Part shown: one piece after another, positions 37,688-47,746 of the stretch | Position numbering within the stretch: position 1 is the first letter of the stretch | How the letters are laid out: each line of letters starts with the position of its first letter | IMG/VR virus record: IMGVR_UViG_3300044724_007653 | Coordinates: 1 to 53,743 of that record | Origin: a virus | Taxonomy: Duplodnaviria > Caudoviricetes | Direction: 5' to 3' (one strand) | Length of the DNA stretch: 53,743 nucleotides | Position numbers and translations under genes: made by a program | Notes under the pieces: model-generated | What the model was told of the DNA's origin: nothing | The model's input: only the letters and a program-made list of their open reading frames with translations | Database searches by the model: none

Positions 37688-39480
37688 TCAAGGGCGCTCA
37701 CATTTTCTCTCTTTACGACTTCAATCTTCTCTAGCAGAGGATGTGTCCAACCGTGACTGACTACATAAGTATTTAAATTTTCTTCTCCAAGTAATACTTC
37801 GACAAGTTTTTCTCTACCTGTTTCATCAAGTACGTTAATCACCTCATCTAAAAAGAGAATATTGATTCGTGATTTTGAAATACTACTCATTAGCTTACGA
37901 ATTGCTATAAGAGTAGCCGTGTTTACTCTTGCCAACTCTCCAGAAGAAAGAGCAAGTATATCAACAATGTTTCCATTGTCTGTAATTTGCACATTTAGCT
38001 TATCATTACTTACAACAAACTCAAGAGTAAAACGCCCGTCTGAAAGCTCTCCAAGATAGGTGTTTACTAATTCTTCTAGTTCCTTTACTAGATTTTCAAT
38101 CTTATAAGCAATTAAGCCGTTTGTGCTAAATGCTTTTTTCAGCACTTCCAAATTAGAATACACACTTTCTACTTTATTTAACGACTCCTGTGCCTCTTCT
38201 AATTGTTCCAGAAAACTATCTGTTTGTTCTTGAATTACTTGGATTCGGGTGTTTTGCTTTGTTCTTCTCTCATTTTCCGCCGTTGCATCCGCCACAGACT
38301 TTTTGATCGAAACCAAGTCAGCTCGTACTCTTCCCAAGCGCTCTTCGAGCTCTCCTTTATCCAAGAGGGCCACTGGCAGATCTCGATCAATGCTTCGATA
38401 AAGATCCTCCCACTCTCTTTGCATTTTGTTTTTATATTCGAAACGTTCATTGTTTCGTTTAATTTCTTGAATTCTTGTTGTAATTTCACGCATTTTCTCC
38501 TCTGCGAAAGAAATCTTTGTAGCTTCCTCCGTAATTAGACTTTGCTTAAATGTCTCTTGAACATTTTGCTCGCAAGTCGGACATCTACCTTCCAAATCTT
38601 CCAATTTTTTCATCAGCCGCTTTGACCCCGCTACGACCCCGGTAAGATTACCAAGTTCTGATTGTAGCGTATCATAGGACTCTTTTGCATGTACATCAAT
38701 ATTCTGTATTTCTTGAATATTTATTTGCTTTAGCAAAGAGATGCACTGATTATTTTGTGAGATTTTTTTATTTTTTTCCGAAATATTTTCAATTTCTTTC
38801 GTTAGTGAACGGAATTGCTTCTCAAGTTCTTCCGTATCATTTTCAATTTCTAGCATGGGCAGTACGATAGTATCTCTCAATTTATTATCGGACAACCATT
38901 TTTCCACAGTTGCTATTTTTGATTTAACTGCGGAAATTTCCAATGATAGATCTTTAGAAGCATTTTTAAATACTTCAAACAGCTCTACATATTCTTCCAG
39001 ATGTAAAAGGTCAATAAGAAACTTCTTTCTTGTTGTATCTGTTGCTGTAAGAAACTGTAGGCTCGCATTTGTATTTTGGTATACAAGCTGCGAGAAAGTT
39101 TTAAAATCTATACCAATTACTTCTTGTATTGTTTTAAATGTATTTGTAGCTGTATGGCTTGAAATATCCTCGCCATTCTTTAAAAATGCTACTTTAATAT
39201 TTGTTTTTCTATCTATTGAAACCACATACGAATCTTCATCTTTTGTAAACTCAAGATGAATGGTGTAGCCATTATTTACATAACGATTTGGTATATCTGC
39301 TTTTTTGATGCCCTTTGAGTTTTTGTTAAAAAGAGCTTCTTCAATAATTAACGGTATAGACGACTTGCCCATACCATTTGTTCCAATTATTTGAGTTACT
39401 ATATTTTCTTCTAAGTCCAGGCTATTATTTGACCCGTAACTGAAGCAGTTATCCCATTGTAGTTTTTTGAGCGTAATCAT
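37684..39480 (-). CDS. SbcC/Rad50-like ATPase (T5 D13-like)
   Basis: Walker A GTNGMGKSS, zinc hook CPTC, signature LSSGE, Walker B LFLDE. Confidence 0.93.
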   Translation of the reverse strand: MITLKKLQWDNCFSYGSNNSLDLEENIVTQIIGTNGMGKSSIPLIIEEALFNKNSKGIKKADIPNRYVNNGYTIHLEFTKDEDSYVVSIDRKTNIKVAFLKNGEDISSHTATNTFKTIQEVIGIDFKTFSQLVYQNTNASLQFLTATDTTRKKFLIDLLHLEEYVELFEVFKNASKDLSLEISAVKSKIATVEKWLSDNKLRDTIVLPMLEIENDTEELEKQFRSLTKEIENISEKNKKISQNNQCISLLKQINIQEIQNIDVHAKESYDTLQSELGNLTGVVAGSKRLMKKLEDLEGRCPTCEQNVQETFKQSLITEEATKISFAEEKMREITTRIQEIKRNNERFEYKNKMQREWEDLYRSIDRDLPVALLDKGELEERLGRVRADLVSIKKSVADATAENERRTKQNTRIQVIQEQTDSFLEQLEEAQESLNKVESVYSNLEVLKKAFSTNGLIAYKIENLVKELEELVNTYLGELSDGRFTLEFVVSNDKLNVQITDNGNIVDILALSSGELARVNTATLIAIRKLMSSISKSRINILFLDEVINVLDETGREKLVEVLLGEENLNTYVVSHGWTHPLLEKIEVVKRENVSALE

Positions 39481-40408
39481 TAAAAGTGCCTACTATATTT
39501 TGAATTTTATCATCTTCTAATTCCAAGATGTATGCTAGGTACTCTACTAACTCTTCTTGGATGCTCATGTCTTTATTGATTACCAAAGCTGTTTCACTAC
39601 TACGTTTCACAACTTTTTTATCTAGTAAATCACTATTTTTTACATTTGCTAAATCTTGTATATCACCTTCTAATTCATAGATAGTATGATGATATTCAGT
39701 AGGAATCATTTCATTTGGATCGGCTACTGTTTTTCGTATTAGTTGTGGAAGGTCAAAAGGCTCCCACATCCACTTCCAAGTGTTGGGATTTATTAGTATG
39801 TATCCGGTCTGTACTTCTGTTCGATGAAAAGAAGTGGTCATTGGAGACCCCGGATATACTATATTTCTTTGGCTATTACTATGGGCGTGTAAATCGCCCG
39901 CAAATACGATTGGAAAATCCTCGAATCTGTCTAAGTCCACCTCTGGCTTGACATGGGGAGGTATCTCTCCTCGTACATGAGTAAATAGTGGTTTGTCTTG
40001 TATAAACTTTTCAATGCTTCCTTCTCTATGTAAGTCGGCATAGGGAAGAATACTAAAACCAAGCTCTGAATCATAATATGAAATATCCGCTATTTTTACA
40101 AGTGGATTTATGTCTCTAGTTACTTGTTTAAGTTGAGTAAAGAATGTTTTGTTTTTCTTGGTTGCTTCATGATTGCCGTCATAGATAAGAGTGGGAATCC
40201 CTACCTCTCGAATGAACGAGAAGTAGAGTTCCAACTCTTCCATACTAGGCAGACGGTCAAAAAGATCACCCCCAATAATATGCATTTCGCATTGCTGTTC
40301 GAGACTGTGTATTTGCTCGAAGAATAATCCATAGCGGCGAAGTGCCCACTCGCGTGGAACATTTTTTTGACCTAGCTTTAAATGCCAGTCTGCCGTAAAG
40401 AGTATCAT
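39449..40408 (-). CDS. SbcD/Mre11-like nuclease (T5 D12-like)
   Basis: ADWH, GGDLFD, GNHE, GDLH, YPGSP metallophosphoesterase motifs. Confidence 0.93.
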   Translation of the reverse strand: MILFTADWHLKLGQKNVPREWALRRYGLFFEQIHSLEQQCEMHIIGGDLFDRLPSMEELELYFSFIREVGIPTLIYDGNHEATKKNKTFFTQLKQVTRDINPLVKIADISYYDSELGFSILPYADLHREGSIEKFIQDKPLFTHVRGEIPPHVKPEVDLDRFEDFPIVFAGDLHAHSNSQRNIVYPGSPMTTSFHRTEVQTGYILINPNTWKWMWEPFDLPQLIRKTVADPNEMIPTEYHHTIYELEGDIQDLANVKNSDLLDKKVVKRSSETALVINKDMSIQEELVEYLAYILELEDDKIQNIVGTFNDYAQKTTMG

Positions 40409-41034
40409 GAAATGGCAAACTCCGCATCAAGTGCTTCTTCGTCGATTTCATTTGTTTCTACCTGACGTACTCGATCGAGTAACTCTTTCTGAGCGTCAGG
40501 AGTTGGACGAGGCATAACATCATCCATAGACTTCAGACCTTCTATAAGGGCCAGTTCGTCATCATCAAGAGCACGAGGCTTGCACTTCAGCACTTGAAGT
40601 TGATACTCTACATTGTAGGGCAGTGGGCCAGTCTTAACCCGCTTGAACTTAACGTCCCAGCCAGTTTCAGCGTCAGTGGGATCTCCCAAATCTTCAGCAG
40701 CAGTGAGAATTTGCTCCCACAACTTCTTCTTCAGATTAACGATCTTGACTTCGCCATTGTGAATGCACTGCATTACATAGCTCCAGCCACACTTCAGATC
40801 GGGATAGTATTCACGAACCCAATCTTTTTCTTTGTTATTAAACCGCTCTTCATTACGATCAAAAGACAGACACTCCAAAGGAATGTTCTTGTCGTTCTCA
40901 CCAGTAACCCAATACACGTATCGAGCAAGAATATCGCCAACTAGACGAATAGAGTTATCCCCGTCCTGGTAGCTATAGGTAGTAATGTTGGATTTTTGAG
41001 CAGCGCCCTTTGATTTATTAAAGCTTAATGCCAT
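40405..41034 (-). CDS. single-stranded DNA-binding protein (T5 D11-like)
   Basis: T5 synteny; RYVYW, LGDPTD...GWD..FKR.KTGP motifs; acidic C-terminus. Confidence 0.75.
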   Translation of the reverse strand: MALSFNKSKGAAQKSNITTYSYQDGDNSIRLVGDILARYVYWVTGENDKNIPLECLSFDRNEERFNNKEKDWVREYYPDLKCGWSYVMQCIHNGEVKIVNLKKKLWEQILTAAEDLGDPTDAETGWDVKFKRVKTGPLPYNVEYQLQVLKCKPRALDDDELALIEGLKSMDDVMPRPTPDAQKELLDRVRQVETNEIDEEALDAEFAIS

Positions 41035-41438
41035 TCTGTTTTCTCCTGTGGGACTTCTTCATACAGAAAATGTAACTTGTCATCTTCCATATAAAGTAGT
41101 CTGTCGTCGTTTTCTAAGTGTTGAAAGGGATCTAGTGGCATTTCCAATAGATCTAGTGTAATATCGCCAGAGGCGAAGTATTCTCCGAGAGACCGCATAC
41201 TTGCAAAAGCTAAGTATATTGCAATATCTCGGCGAGAATGTCTAAACGCATTGTATAAAAGAACATCGGGGTGTACCAAAAAAGAATCTCCCGCAAAGTT
41301 TGTTTCATAAAACTTATAAATGGGATCGTACTTATTTCGAGGTATACTTTGCTTAACCAGCATCTCAAATATCATAAAAATACCTGATGGCTCGCCATTT
41401 GCAACAGTGAATATCTTTTTCCAATCGTATAGAAGCAT
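41025..41438 (-). CDS. conserved hypothetical protein (between D10 and D11)
   Basis: 137-aa ORF overlapping the D11 start. Start codon lies only 2 nt after a -10 box. Confidence 0.7.
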   Translation of the reverse strand: MLLYDWKKIFTVANGEPSGIFMIFEMLVKQSIPRNKYDPIYKFYETNFAGDSFLVHPDVLLYNAFRHSRRDIAIYLAFASMRSLGEYFASGDITLDLLEMPLDPFQHLENDDRLLYMEDDKLHFLYEEVPQEKTEWH

Positions 41439-41440
41439 AT

Positions 41441-41469
41441 ATTATACTAAAAAATAACTTGGGTGTCAA
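41441..41469 (-). promoter_or_regulatory. sigma70-type promoter (early strand)
   Basis: AAAAATAGTTC-TTGACA-17 nt-TATAAT on the - strand. Confidence 0.85.
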
Positions 41470-41480
41470 GAACTATTTTT

Positions 41481-42767
41481 CTATCCTATTTGTTCAATTT
41501 TCCAGCCTTGTTTCATGTAGTAGCCCATTCTGTTAGAAGCCTGCGTTCTGGCAGTATTTCCTTTTAAATGTATATCTACAATTACAGGGGTTTGTTTTCC
41601 TTCTTGCTCTCGTATAACTCTTCCGATAAGCTGGGTGAGGAGTGGTTCGTTGTTAATAGGCGTACCGAGTATAAGGACAGAGAGGGAATTAACTGATATG
41701 CCTTCACTAAATATTGCTTGAGTCCCGAATAAAATGTTTTTACTTCCATAGTTAATCTCATTGAGAAGTGTTTCTCTTTGCTCATGCGGAACTTCGCCCG
41801 TAACACAAATTGCATTATCTCCAACCAATTCAGCGCAGCTTCGTAAGAAATGCACACGATCGGAGACTACAAGTACCTTATGACCTCGGGCTGCATAAGT
41901 TGCAGCAAGAAGTGAAACGGTATGACGATATTCTTCATTGTTCGCCAAATTTGTAACACGGTTTGCCCAAGGAATACGGGCTCCATCCATAAAGCGTATT
42001 TCTGATTTTATAATAGCTATTTTAGGCGTCATAAAGTTTTCCTTTGGGGGTTTGAAAACTTTACTGCCAAAGTAGTCTCGAAAGACTACATGTTTGCCAT
42101 CTTTTCTTTCTATTGTTCCCGATAGTCCAATCTTATATCGACAGTAATTTGTGTCGATAACTTTGGAAAAAGTTGGACTGCTTACATGGTGCATTTCATC
42201 TAGTATAATTGTTCCAAATTCTTTACGAATCTTCGGAATATTACGGTATAAACTCTGAGTGTTGCCAATTACAATAGGAGCGTCAAGATCAAATTTACCG
42301 CTTCCTATAATTCCAGGCGTAAATCCATAGACTTTCTCTACTTCTTTTGCCCACTGGTTTCGTAATGGTACAGTGTGTACAACTACGAGTGTTTTTTGTC
42401 CGAGTTTTCCGGCTATCGCCAACCCCGTAAAAGTCTTGCCCCAACTTACCCACGCGTTGATGATACAGTTATCATCGAGTTCGTCATAGACGGCTTGTTG
42501 TGATTCTCGTAAATCAAACCTAAAATCAGGAAAATCAACAGGCACCATAATCCTTTTGTCAACAATTTCATAGTCATCTGGTATTAAATCCGTTCTTCCG
42601 ATTGGTATGGTAACAAGATTCTCTCGAACCCGTGCCATATTTTTTATAACAATAGGAGGGTCATTTGGATTTTGCGGAGGTATTTTATAAGTCAGCTCTT
42701 TGCTGAGATGCTCTTTATACTCCCGAGTTACTTCCAAATAGATTCTATTGCTAATTACTGCTTTCAT
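41481..42767 (-). CDS. SF2 DExH helicase (T5 D10 / UvsW-like)
   Basis: Variant Walker A AWVSWGKT, DEMH, LSGT, QLIGRVIR. Confidence 0.92.
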   Translation of the reverse strand: MKAVISNRIYLEVTREYKEHLSKELTYKIPPQNPNDPPIVIKNMARVRENLVTIPIGRTDLIPDDYEIVDKRIMVPVDFPDFRFDLRESQQAVYDELDDNCIINAWVSWGKTFTGLAIAGKLGQKTLVVVHTVPLRNQWAKEVEKVYGFTPGIIGSGKFDLDAPIVIGNTQSLYRNIPKIRKEFGTIILDEMHHVSSPTFSKVIDTNYCRYKIGLSGTIERKDGKHVVFRDYFGSKVFKPPKENFMTPKIAIIKSEIRFMDGARIPWANRVTNLANNEEYRHTVSLLAATYAARGHKVLVVSDRVHFLRSCAELVGDNAICVTGEVPHEQRETLLNEINYGSKNILFGTQAIFSEGISVNSLSVLILGTPINNEPLLTQLIGRVIREQEGKQTPVIVDIHLKGNTARTQASNRMGYYMKQGWKIEQIG

Positions 42768-43423
42768 AAACCTAAATCTGTTTTTGCGGTTATGTATTGC
42801 TTGACGAATTCACTTCTTACAATATCTTTAATATCAAAGTCAATAAAATCAAACTCGTTCATTGCTTTTAAAATTCGTACAAAGTCTTTTAAGCCGTTTT
42901 TTGCCAAATCTGTTTGACGAAAATCTCCACAAAATAGTACTCTACAATCCTGCCCGATTCTTGTTATAATTGAGTCTAGCTCATGAAAAGTCATATTCTG
43001 ACATTCATCAATTAGAATTACTGCGTTTCTTAGTGTGACTCCACGAATAAAAGAAGTGGTCATAAAATGTACTAACCCTTTCGTTTTGAGAATTTCATAA
43101 GCATCTCCTCTTTGAAAAAGCTCTATACAAATATCTTTATATGGCTCTTCATAGACTGAGGCTTTTTCTTTTTCGTTTCCGGGTAGGAAACCTATATCAC
43201 GAGTAGGTACTGCACTTCTTATAATTACGAGCCGTTCGTATATACCTTTTGTCATATCATCAAACGCTAAGTATGACGATATAAAAGTTTTTCCTGTTCC
43301 TGCTACTCCGTGCAGCATTAAGTTTTTAGTACTTTCAAACGCAATTACTTGATTTTTTGTAAGTGGTTCGATCTCTTGTAAATCTAAATTTGCTCCCGCA
43401 AGAGTCTTTTTTCTTCTCGACAT
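42764..43423 (-). CDS. phoH: PhoH-family ATPase
   Basis: GVAGTGKT, IGFLPG, FIRG.T, DECQN, GDFRQTD, DIVRS motifs. Confidence 0.95.
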   Translation of the reverse strand: MSRRKKTLAGANLDLQEIEPLTKNQVIAFESTKNLMLHGVAGTGKTFISSYLAFDDMTKGIYERLVIIRSAVPTRDIGFLPGNEKEKASVYEEPYKDICIELFQRGDAYEILKTKGLVHFMTTSFIRGVTLRNAVILIDECQNMTFHELDSIITRIGQDCRVLFCGDFRQTDLAKNGLKDFVRILKAMNEFDFIDFDIKDIVRSEFVKQYITAKTDLGL

Positions 43424-43427
43424 AAAA

Positions 43428-43922
43428 TTATACTTTTCTTCGAGTGTCCTTTAGTTTTTCTTCGGAGTACTCATATAACAGCCAAGGCAATCCGCCTATA
43501 TGAAGTACACCTGCCCAAGTTAATTCTCGGGGAGGTGGACGCGGTATGGTAAAAGGAAAATTAACATCCTTTAACCAAAGTACAGAAGCTTTTTCCTTTA
43601 ATTCAACTTTTCGTATTTTGTAGTACTTTAAAGATGAATTCATAGTTTTTTGATAGATAAAAGGAGTGCCTCCACTATCAATAAAAGTTTTAGTGTTCTG
43701 CTTTAGTATTCCAATTAACGAATCTATTGAATGTCTTAAAGGTACTAACTCTGTAAAATGAGTTTGTAAACGACGTATGCCGAGAGAAGCTCCCGGCATA
43801 TTTCGATCGTCTACTACTTGATTATCAATAAGTAATAATCCATCTATCAATTCCCAATTACTGCTTGGAAGAACAAAAACTGGAAACTTAATCTTTTTTA
43901 TTTCTTTGTAGGTAACGATCAA
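43428..43922 (-). CDS. conserved hypothetical protein (T5-like, downstream of polymerase)
   Basis: 164-aa ORF; DDRN.PG..LG.RRL motif; T5 synteny. Confidence 0.7.
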   Translation of the reverse strand: MIVTYKEIKKIKFPVFVLPSSNWELIDGLLLIDNQVVDDRNMPGASLGIRRLQTHFTELVPLRHSIDSLIGILKQNTKTFIDSGGTPFIYQKTMNSSLKYYKIRKVELKEKASVLWLKDVNFPFTIPRPPPRELTWAGVLHIGGLPWLLYEYSEEKLKDTRRKV

Positions 43923-44052
43923 TTTTACGAAATCTTTTATTGTATTTACGTTTGAGCTTTTTTCTTACGCCCGCTCTCCATCTAAATAAACCTTTAGATT
44001 TAGAAGAGAGCGCATCGTATTCATCTCCGCCTTTCATTTTAATACGTTTCAT
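43888..44052 (-). CDS. small basic hypothetical protein, 54 aa
   Basis: MKRIKMKGGDEYDAL...KRKYNKRFRK. ATG 44052 overlaps the polymerase 3' end. Confidence 0.6.
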   Translation of the reverse strand: MKRIKMKGGDEYDALSSKSKGLFRWRAGVRKKLKRKYNKRFRKIDRYLQRNKKD

Positions 44053-46315
44053 ACATTTTCTCAAATTTGCCCATGGAGTAATCATCTCCAACTTCGAAGT
44101 CACATCCTACAGGTGCTCCTGAGATAGATACACCTCTATCCATCTGAATAAAGTTTTGAAGCTTTTCGCAGTAAAAGTCTATTTCATCTTCTGGAACTTC
44201 TGCCAGAATTGAGTCATGAACCAATGCAAATATTCGTGATTTCATATTTTGAGACTTAATAAACTGCCCCATATCTATTGCGCCTAGAAGGTTAATATCA
44301 GAAGCAGTAGACTGCACCAGAAAATTAAGACCAGACCTAATGCTATGACTCTTGATGCCTGCGTCTGTCGATGAGACATTCGGCAATCTCCTTTTGCGGC
44401 CAAAGAAACTATAGATGAATCCATTGTGCTCGATAAATTTTTGATTATTGTCAATCCACTTTCTCAACTTATGAAAAGATCGAAAATAATCATCAATAAC
44501 TTCTTTTGCCTCTTGCTGGCTAAAATAAGTGCCTGAATCTTTAGTAACTTGTTCACTAATCTTCTTCGGGCCCGCGCCATACATAATACCAAATGTTACT
44601 GCTTTTGCGGCTTGGCGTTGTGTTCCATATAATTCTGCGACATCTTCTACGTCACATGGAAGTTTAAATACTGTTTTTGCAATCGTACTATGAAAGTTTC
44701 CTCCACTACGAAATACATTCATCAACGCTTCATCGTCTGCAAGTTTTGCAGCAACATACACTTCTGCAGTAGTTAAGTCCATAGCCACAATCTTATGACC
44801 TGGAGCTGCTTTGATACACCCTTTTACAATAGGGTTATCGCGAGGTAACTGCTGCATATTTAACTTACCACTACTTGATAAACGACCAGAAGTCGTACCA
44901 TGCAGGTTAAAATTTGTTCTCAATCGACTATCTCTATCGAGCTGAGGAATAATCTTGTCTAAGTAAGTATTCTTGATTTTAGACTTCTGACGAATATCAA
45001 GAATAAGTCCAGGTACTTCCGACTGTGCTGATAGTGCATTTAACACTTCTGCGTCGGTAGAGTCAGCTCCCGTACCTGTTTTCTTTCCTGTAGGGTTTAA
45101 GCCTAACATATCAAACAGTAGCTTTCGAAGTTGCACTGTGCTGTTTGGATTAAACTCTGCTCCTTGTATTTCTTCGAACTTACGAATCTTTGGATTCTTA
45201 TAAAGAGTACGAATAGCTTCATCAATATCTTGTTGCATTAAAACCTGAGACTTTTCCAATCGGTCATAGTCAAAGGGTACGCCATTATCTTGAGTATCAA
45301 TTAAAAATCTACAACCTGGGATAAGAATGTTATCGTAAACCCATGCTAACTTCTTGTTCTGCTTGATTTTTACGAATTTTTCGTAAATAAGAAAAGTACA
45401 TACAGCATCCATTGCTGCATAAGTTTTCATTATATCAAAAGGAATCCACTCCCATCGGAAATCACCCTTTAATATACCATTTTCCTTACGGTACTGCTCA
45501 ATCCAATCATACATCGGTTTTTCATAGTCACCATAAGGAGTGTATTTTAAAGATAACTGCTTGAGTCCATGACCTCCAGGGTTCTCATCAATGAGATAAT
45601 GAAGAAGCATGGTGTCTTCAAAGCGCGGAAATCTAAAGTTAAAATGATACTCAAAAAATGCCATGTCAAACTTGGCATTGTGAAATACTACAATTTTCTT
45701 ATCGAAAAGTTCTTGAAGCAATCGTTCAGTATCATCATCAAAACAATCGGTGTCAATATAAGCCCCACTAGCCCCATTATAACTAAGACTAATACCCAGC
45801 ATATGACCGTTCCGAGGATAGAGTCCAGTAGTCTCTGAGTCCAGAGCAATATAGTCTCCCTCGTGTCTAATAGCCTGTTCGATAAAAGCATTTGCTTCCT
45901 CCGTACTTTGTATACCAAAAGCAATATTATTGTCTATGACTACTTCTTCAATTTCTCCTCGAATATAAGAGATAATATTATCTTTCGAAGATTCCCAAGT
46001 GTTTCTTGCTTCTGGTTTAAAAGCAAGCATCGCTGGGTTTATAACAGGAAGAAATTTACCTTCTACTTTCTTTCCTGAGTATTCTGTTACTGAATTAATT
46101 TTTGTAAAATACTTGAGTGCATCAGAGCCTACTAGAATAATCCAGTCATATAACTCTGTATCAATCTGTATATCACAGTCTCGTTTCAGAACTTTCTTGA
46201 TAGCAGGATCAGAACATAACTGATACTGGTCAAAATCAAAAGCTCCGCCAAATTCATATTTAAAATCTGTTCTACTTGGTTTGGTCTCTATTAGAGCGAC
46301 CTTTGGGCTCGTCAT
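44039..46315 (-). CDS. family A DNA polymerase (T5-like) with 3'-5' exonuclease
   Basis: DSETTGL, HNAKFD, YAAMDA (Exo I-III), TTSGRLSS, motif A DLTTAEV, motif B RQAAKAVTFGIMYG, motif C VHDS. Confidence 0.96.
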   Translation of the reverse strand: MTSPKVALIETKPSRTDFKYEFGGAFDFDQYQLCSDPAIKKVLKRDCDIQIDTELYDWIILVGSDALKYFTKINSVTEYSGKKVEGKFLPVINPAMLAFKPEARNTWESSKDNIISYIRGEIEEVVIDNNIAFGIQSTEEANAFIEQAIRHEGDYIALDSETTGLYPRNGHMLGISLSYNGASGAYIDTDCFDDDTERLLQELFDKKIVVFHNAKFDMAFFEYHFNFRFPRFEDTMLLHYLIDENPGGHGLKQLSLKYTPYGDYEKPMYDWIEQYRKENGILKGDFRWEWIPFDIMKTYAAMDAVCTFLIYEKFVKIKQNKKLAWVYDNILIPGCRFLIDTQDNGVPFDYDRLEKSQVLMQQDIDEAIRTLYKNPKIRKFEEIQGAEFNPNSTVQLRKLLFDMLGLNPTGKKTGTGADSTDAEVLNALSAQSEVPGLILDIRQKSKIKNTYLDKIIPQLDRDSRLRTNFNLHGTTSGRLSSSGKLNMQQLPRDNPIVKGCIKAAPGHKIVAMDLTTAEVYVAAKLADDEALMNVFRSGGNFHSTIAKTVFKLPCDVEDVAELYGTQRQAAKAVTFGIMYGAGPKKISEQVTKDSGTYFSQQEAKEVIDDYFRSFHKLRKWIDNNQKFIEHNGFIYSFFGRKRRLPNVSSTDAGIKSHSIRSGLNFLVQSTASDINLLGAIDMGQFIKSQNMKSRIFALVHDSILAEVPEDEIDFYCEKLQNFIQMDRGVSISGAPVGCDFEVGDDYSMGKFEKMYETY

Positions 46316-46324
46316 ATACTACTC

Positions 46325-47152
46325 CTATGAGTAAAGTTTTTGTTTCAATTTCTGTACTTGATTTTCTGATAATCCACCGGGGTCTTTATCTGGTACGTTA
46401 ATGTTTCTTACTAATAAGTCGACATTTTCGCACATTTGTTTTACATTTTCTGCTGCTTTTTGTCCTGCTTCATCTCCATCAAAAAATACTACTGCTTGTT
46501 CTACTCCTTGAAGCCGAAGAATTGATAGCTTATCTTCGTTAATGTTGCGAGTACCAAAACAACACACTGCATTTGTCAATCCTTTGTCATGCAGATTTAT
46601 CATATCGTAGATTCCTTCTACAAGAATAACGCTGCCTTGTATTGGGGTGACTTTCGAAGGATACAGAGGCATTCGTGCCCCAGGAGGGCTAATCAAATAC
46701 TTTGGCGTTCCTCCGGTCATATGTCGAGCATTAAATGCTACAACTTTTCCAGATATATCACGAATTGGAAACACTACTCGACCAATAAAGTGTTCATGAT
46801 CTTGAAAAGCTTCAAACTTACGGTAGGTTTCTGGTTTGATATTTCTCCAGTTTCCAACATAAGGTAATGCACTTGGGGGAAAAGACAAGCCCACACTTTC
46901 AGCTCTCTTTTCACGAATTTTCTTCTTAATAAGTTCTCTGCGTAAGTGTAAAAAACTTGCCTTTTCCCCAAAATGCACAAAAAGACTTCCCTTGAAGCCA
47001 CAAGAGAAGCAATGAAAAATTCCTGTAATTTGATCTACCCGCATACTTGGATTACTGTCATCATGCTCAGGGCTGAGACAAGATACGACAAAATCCTTTC
47101 CTTTGGGTGTAAAAGGAACTTTTCTACTTTCAAGTAATTCTTGTACGTTCAC
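46325..47152 (-). CDS. DNA primase (CHC2 zinc finger plus TOPRIM)
   Basis: C..PEH.D..PS...HCFSC, VEG.YD, FDGDEAG, KDPG motifs; GTG start. Confidence 0.93.
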   Translation of the reverse strand: MNVQELLESRKVPFTPKGKDFVVSCLSPEHDDSNPSMRVDQITGIFHCFSCGFKGSLFVHFGEKASFLHLRRELIKKKIREKRAESVGLSFPPSALPYVGNWRNIKPETYRKFEAFQDHEHFIGRVVFPIRDISGKVVAFNARHMTGGTPKYLISPPGARMPLYPSKVTPIQGSVILVEGIYDMINLHDKGLTNAVCCFGTRNINEDKLSILRLQGVEQAVVFFDGDEAGQKAAENVKQMCENVDLLVRNINVPDKDPGGLSENQVQKLKQKLYS

Positions 47153-47430
47153 TAACAGTCCGAGTCAAAAGATTGCCATTCATCATATTCAGTAGGCTCA
47201 TCATATTCATCTTCAACATATCCATCTGCAAAAGTATGGACTAAGTTTTCTTCAATCGCATACTGACAACCATGGTAGTAGTCTTTGTGTTCGTCGTCCA
47301 ATAGATGAAAAAATTTTGAAATACGAGCCAGCATTGTTTCTGCCAGCTCTATATTTTCTTCAGCCATTGCTGCTTCGAGAATATCAAAATAGGGGCCTAC
47401 TTTAACCTCTACTCTTGGTGCTAAACTCAT
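47152..47430 (-). CDS. acidic hypothetical protein
   Basis: Coupled by overlaps at both ends; acidic C-terminus EYDEWQSFDSDC. Confidence 0.7.
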   Translation of the reverse strand: MSLAPRVEVKVGPYFDILEAAMAEENIELAETMLARISKFFHLLDDEHKDYYHGCQYAIEENLVHTFADGYVEDEYDEPTEYDEWQSFDSDC

Positions 47431-47720
47431 CTTCTCATACTCGCTAGTTCTTTCATTTGTTGTTCGTCTATAATAGGTACGGCATTGGACTTATGCATGG
47501 TTCCGATACCTTTAACAAGGGTTCCTGTGTAACGTGGCGGTTCCACTCGAGCGGCAACTCCAGCTGTGTCGGGGGCTGAAGGGTACTCGAGGGTTTCTCG
47601 TCGCCTATGGGGATTCCCAAGGCTACGCCCAGCCTTTGCAGATATATGTTTTCGTCGATTATAAGTTTTCTTTTTTCTTCCCGAGAAAGTGTGGCCCATT
47701 GATCCATAATAAATCCCCAT
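47427..47720 (-). CDS. conserved hypothetical protein
   Basis: YTGTLVKGIGTMHKSNAVPI motif; AGGAG Shine-Dalgarno; first gene after a promoter. Confidence 0.75.
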   Translation of the reverse strand: MGIYYGSMGHTFSGRKKKTYNRRKHISAKAGRSLGNPHRRRETLEYPSAPDTAGVAARVEPPRYTGTLVKGIGTMHKSNAVPIIDEQQMKELASMRR

Positions 47721-47746
47721 AAAAAACTCCTGCCATTTGAAGATAT

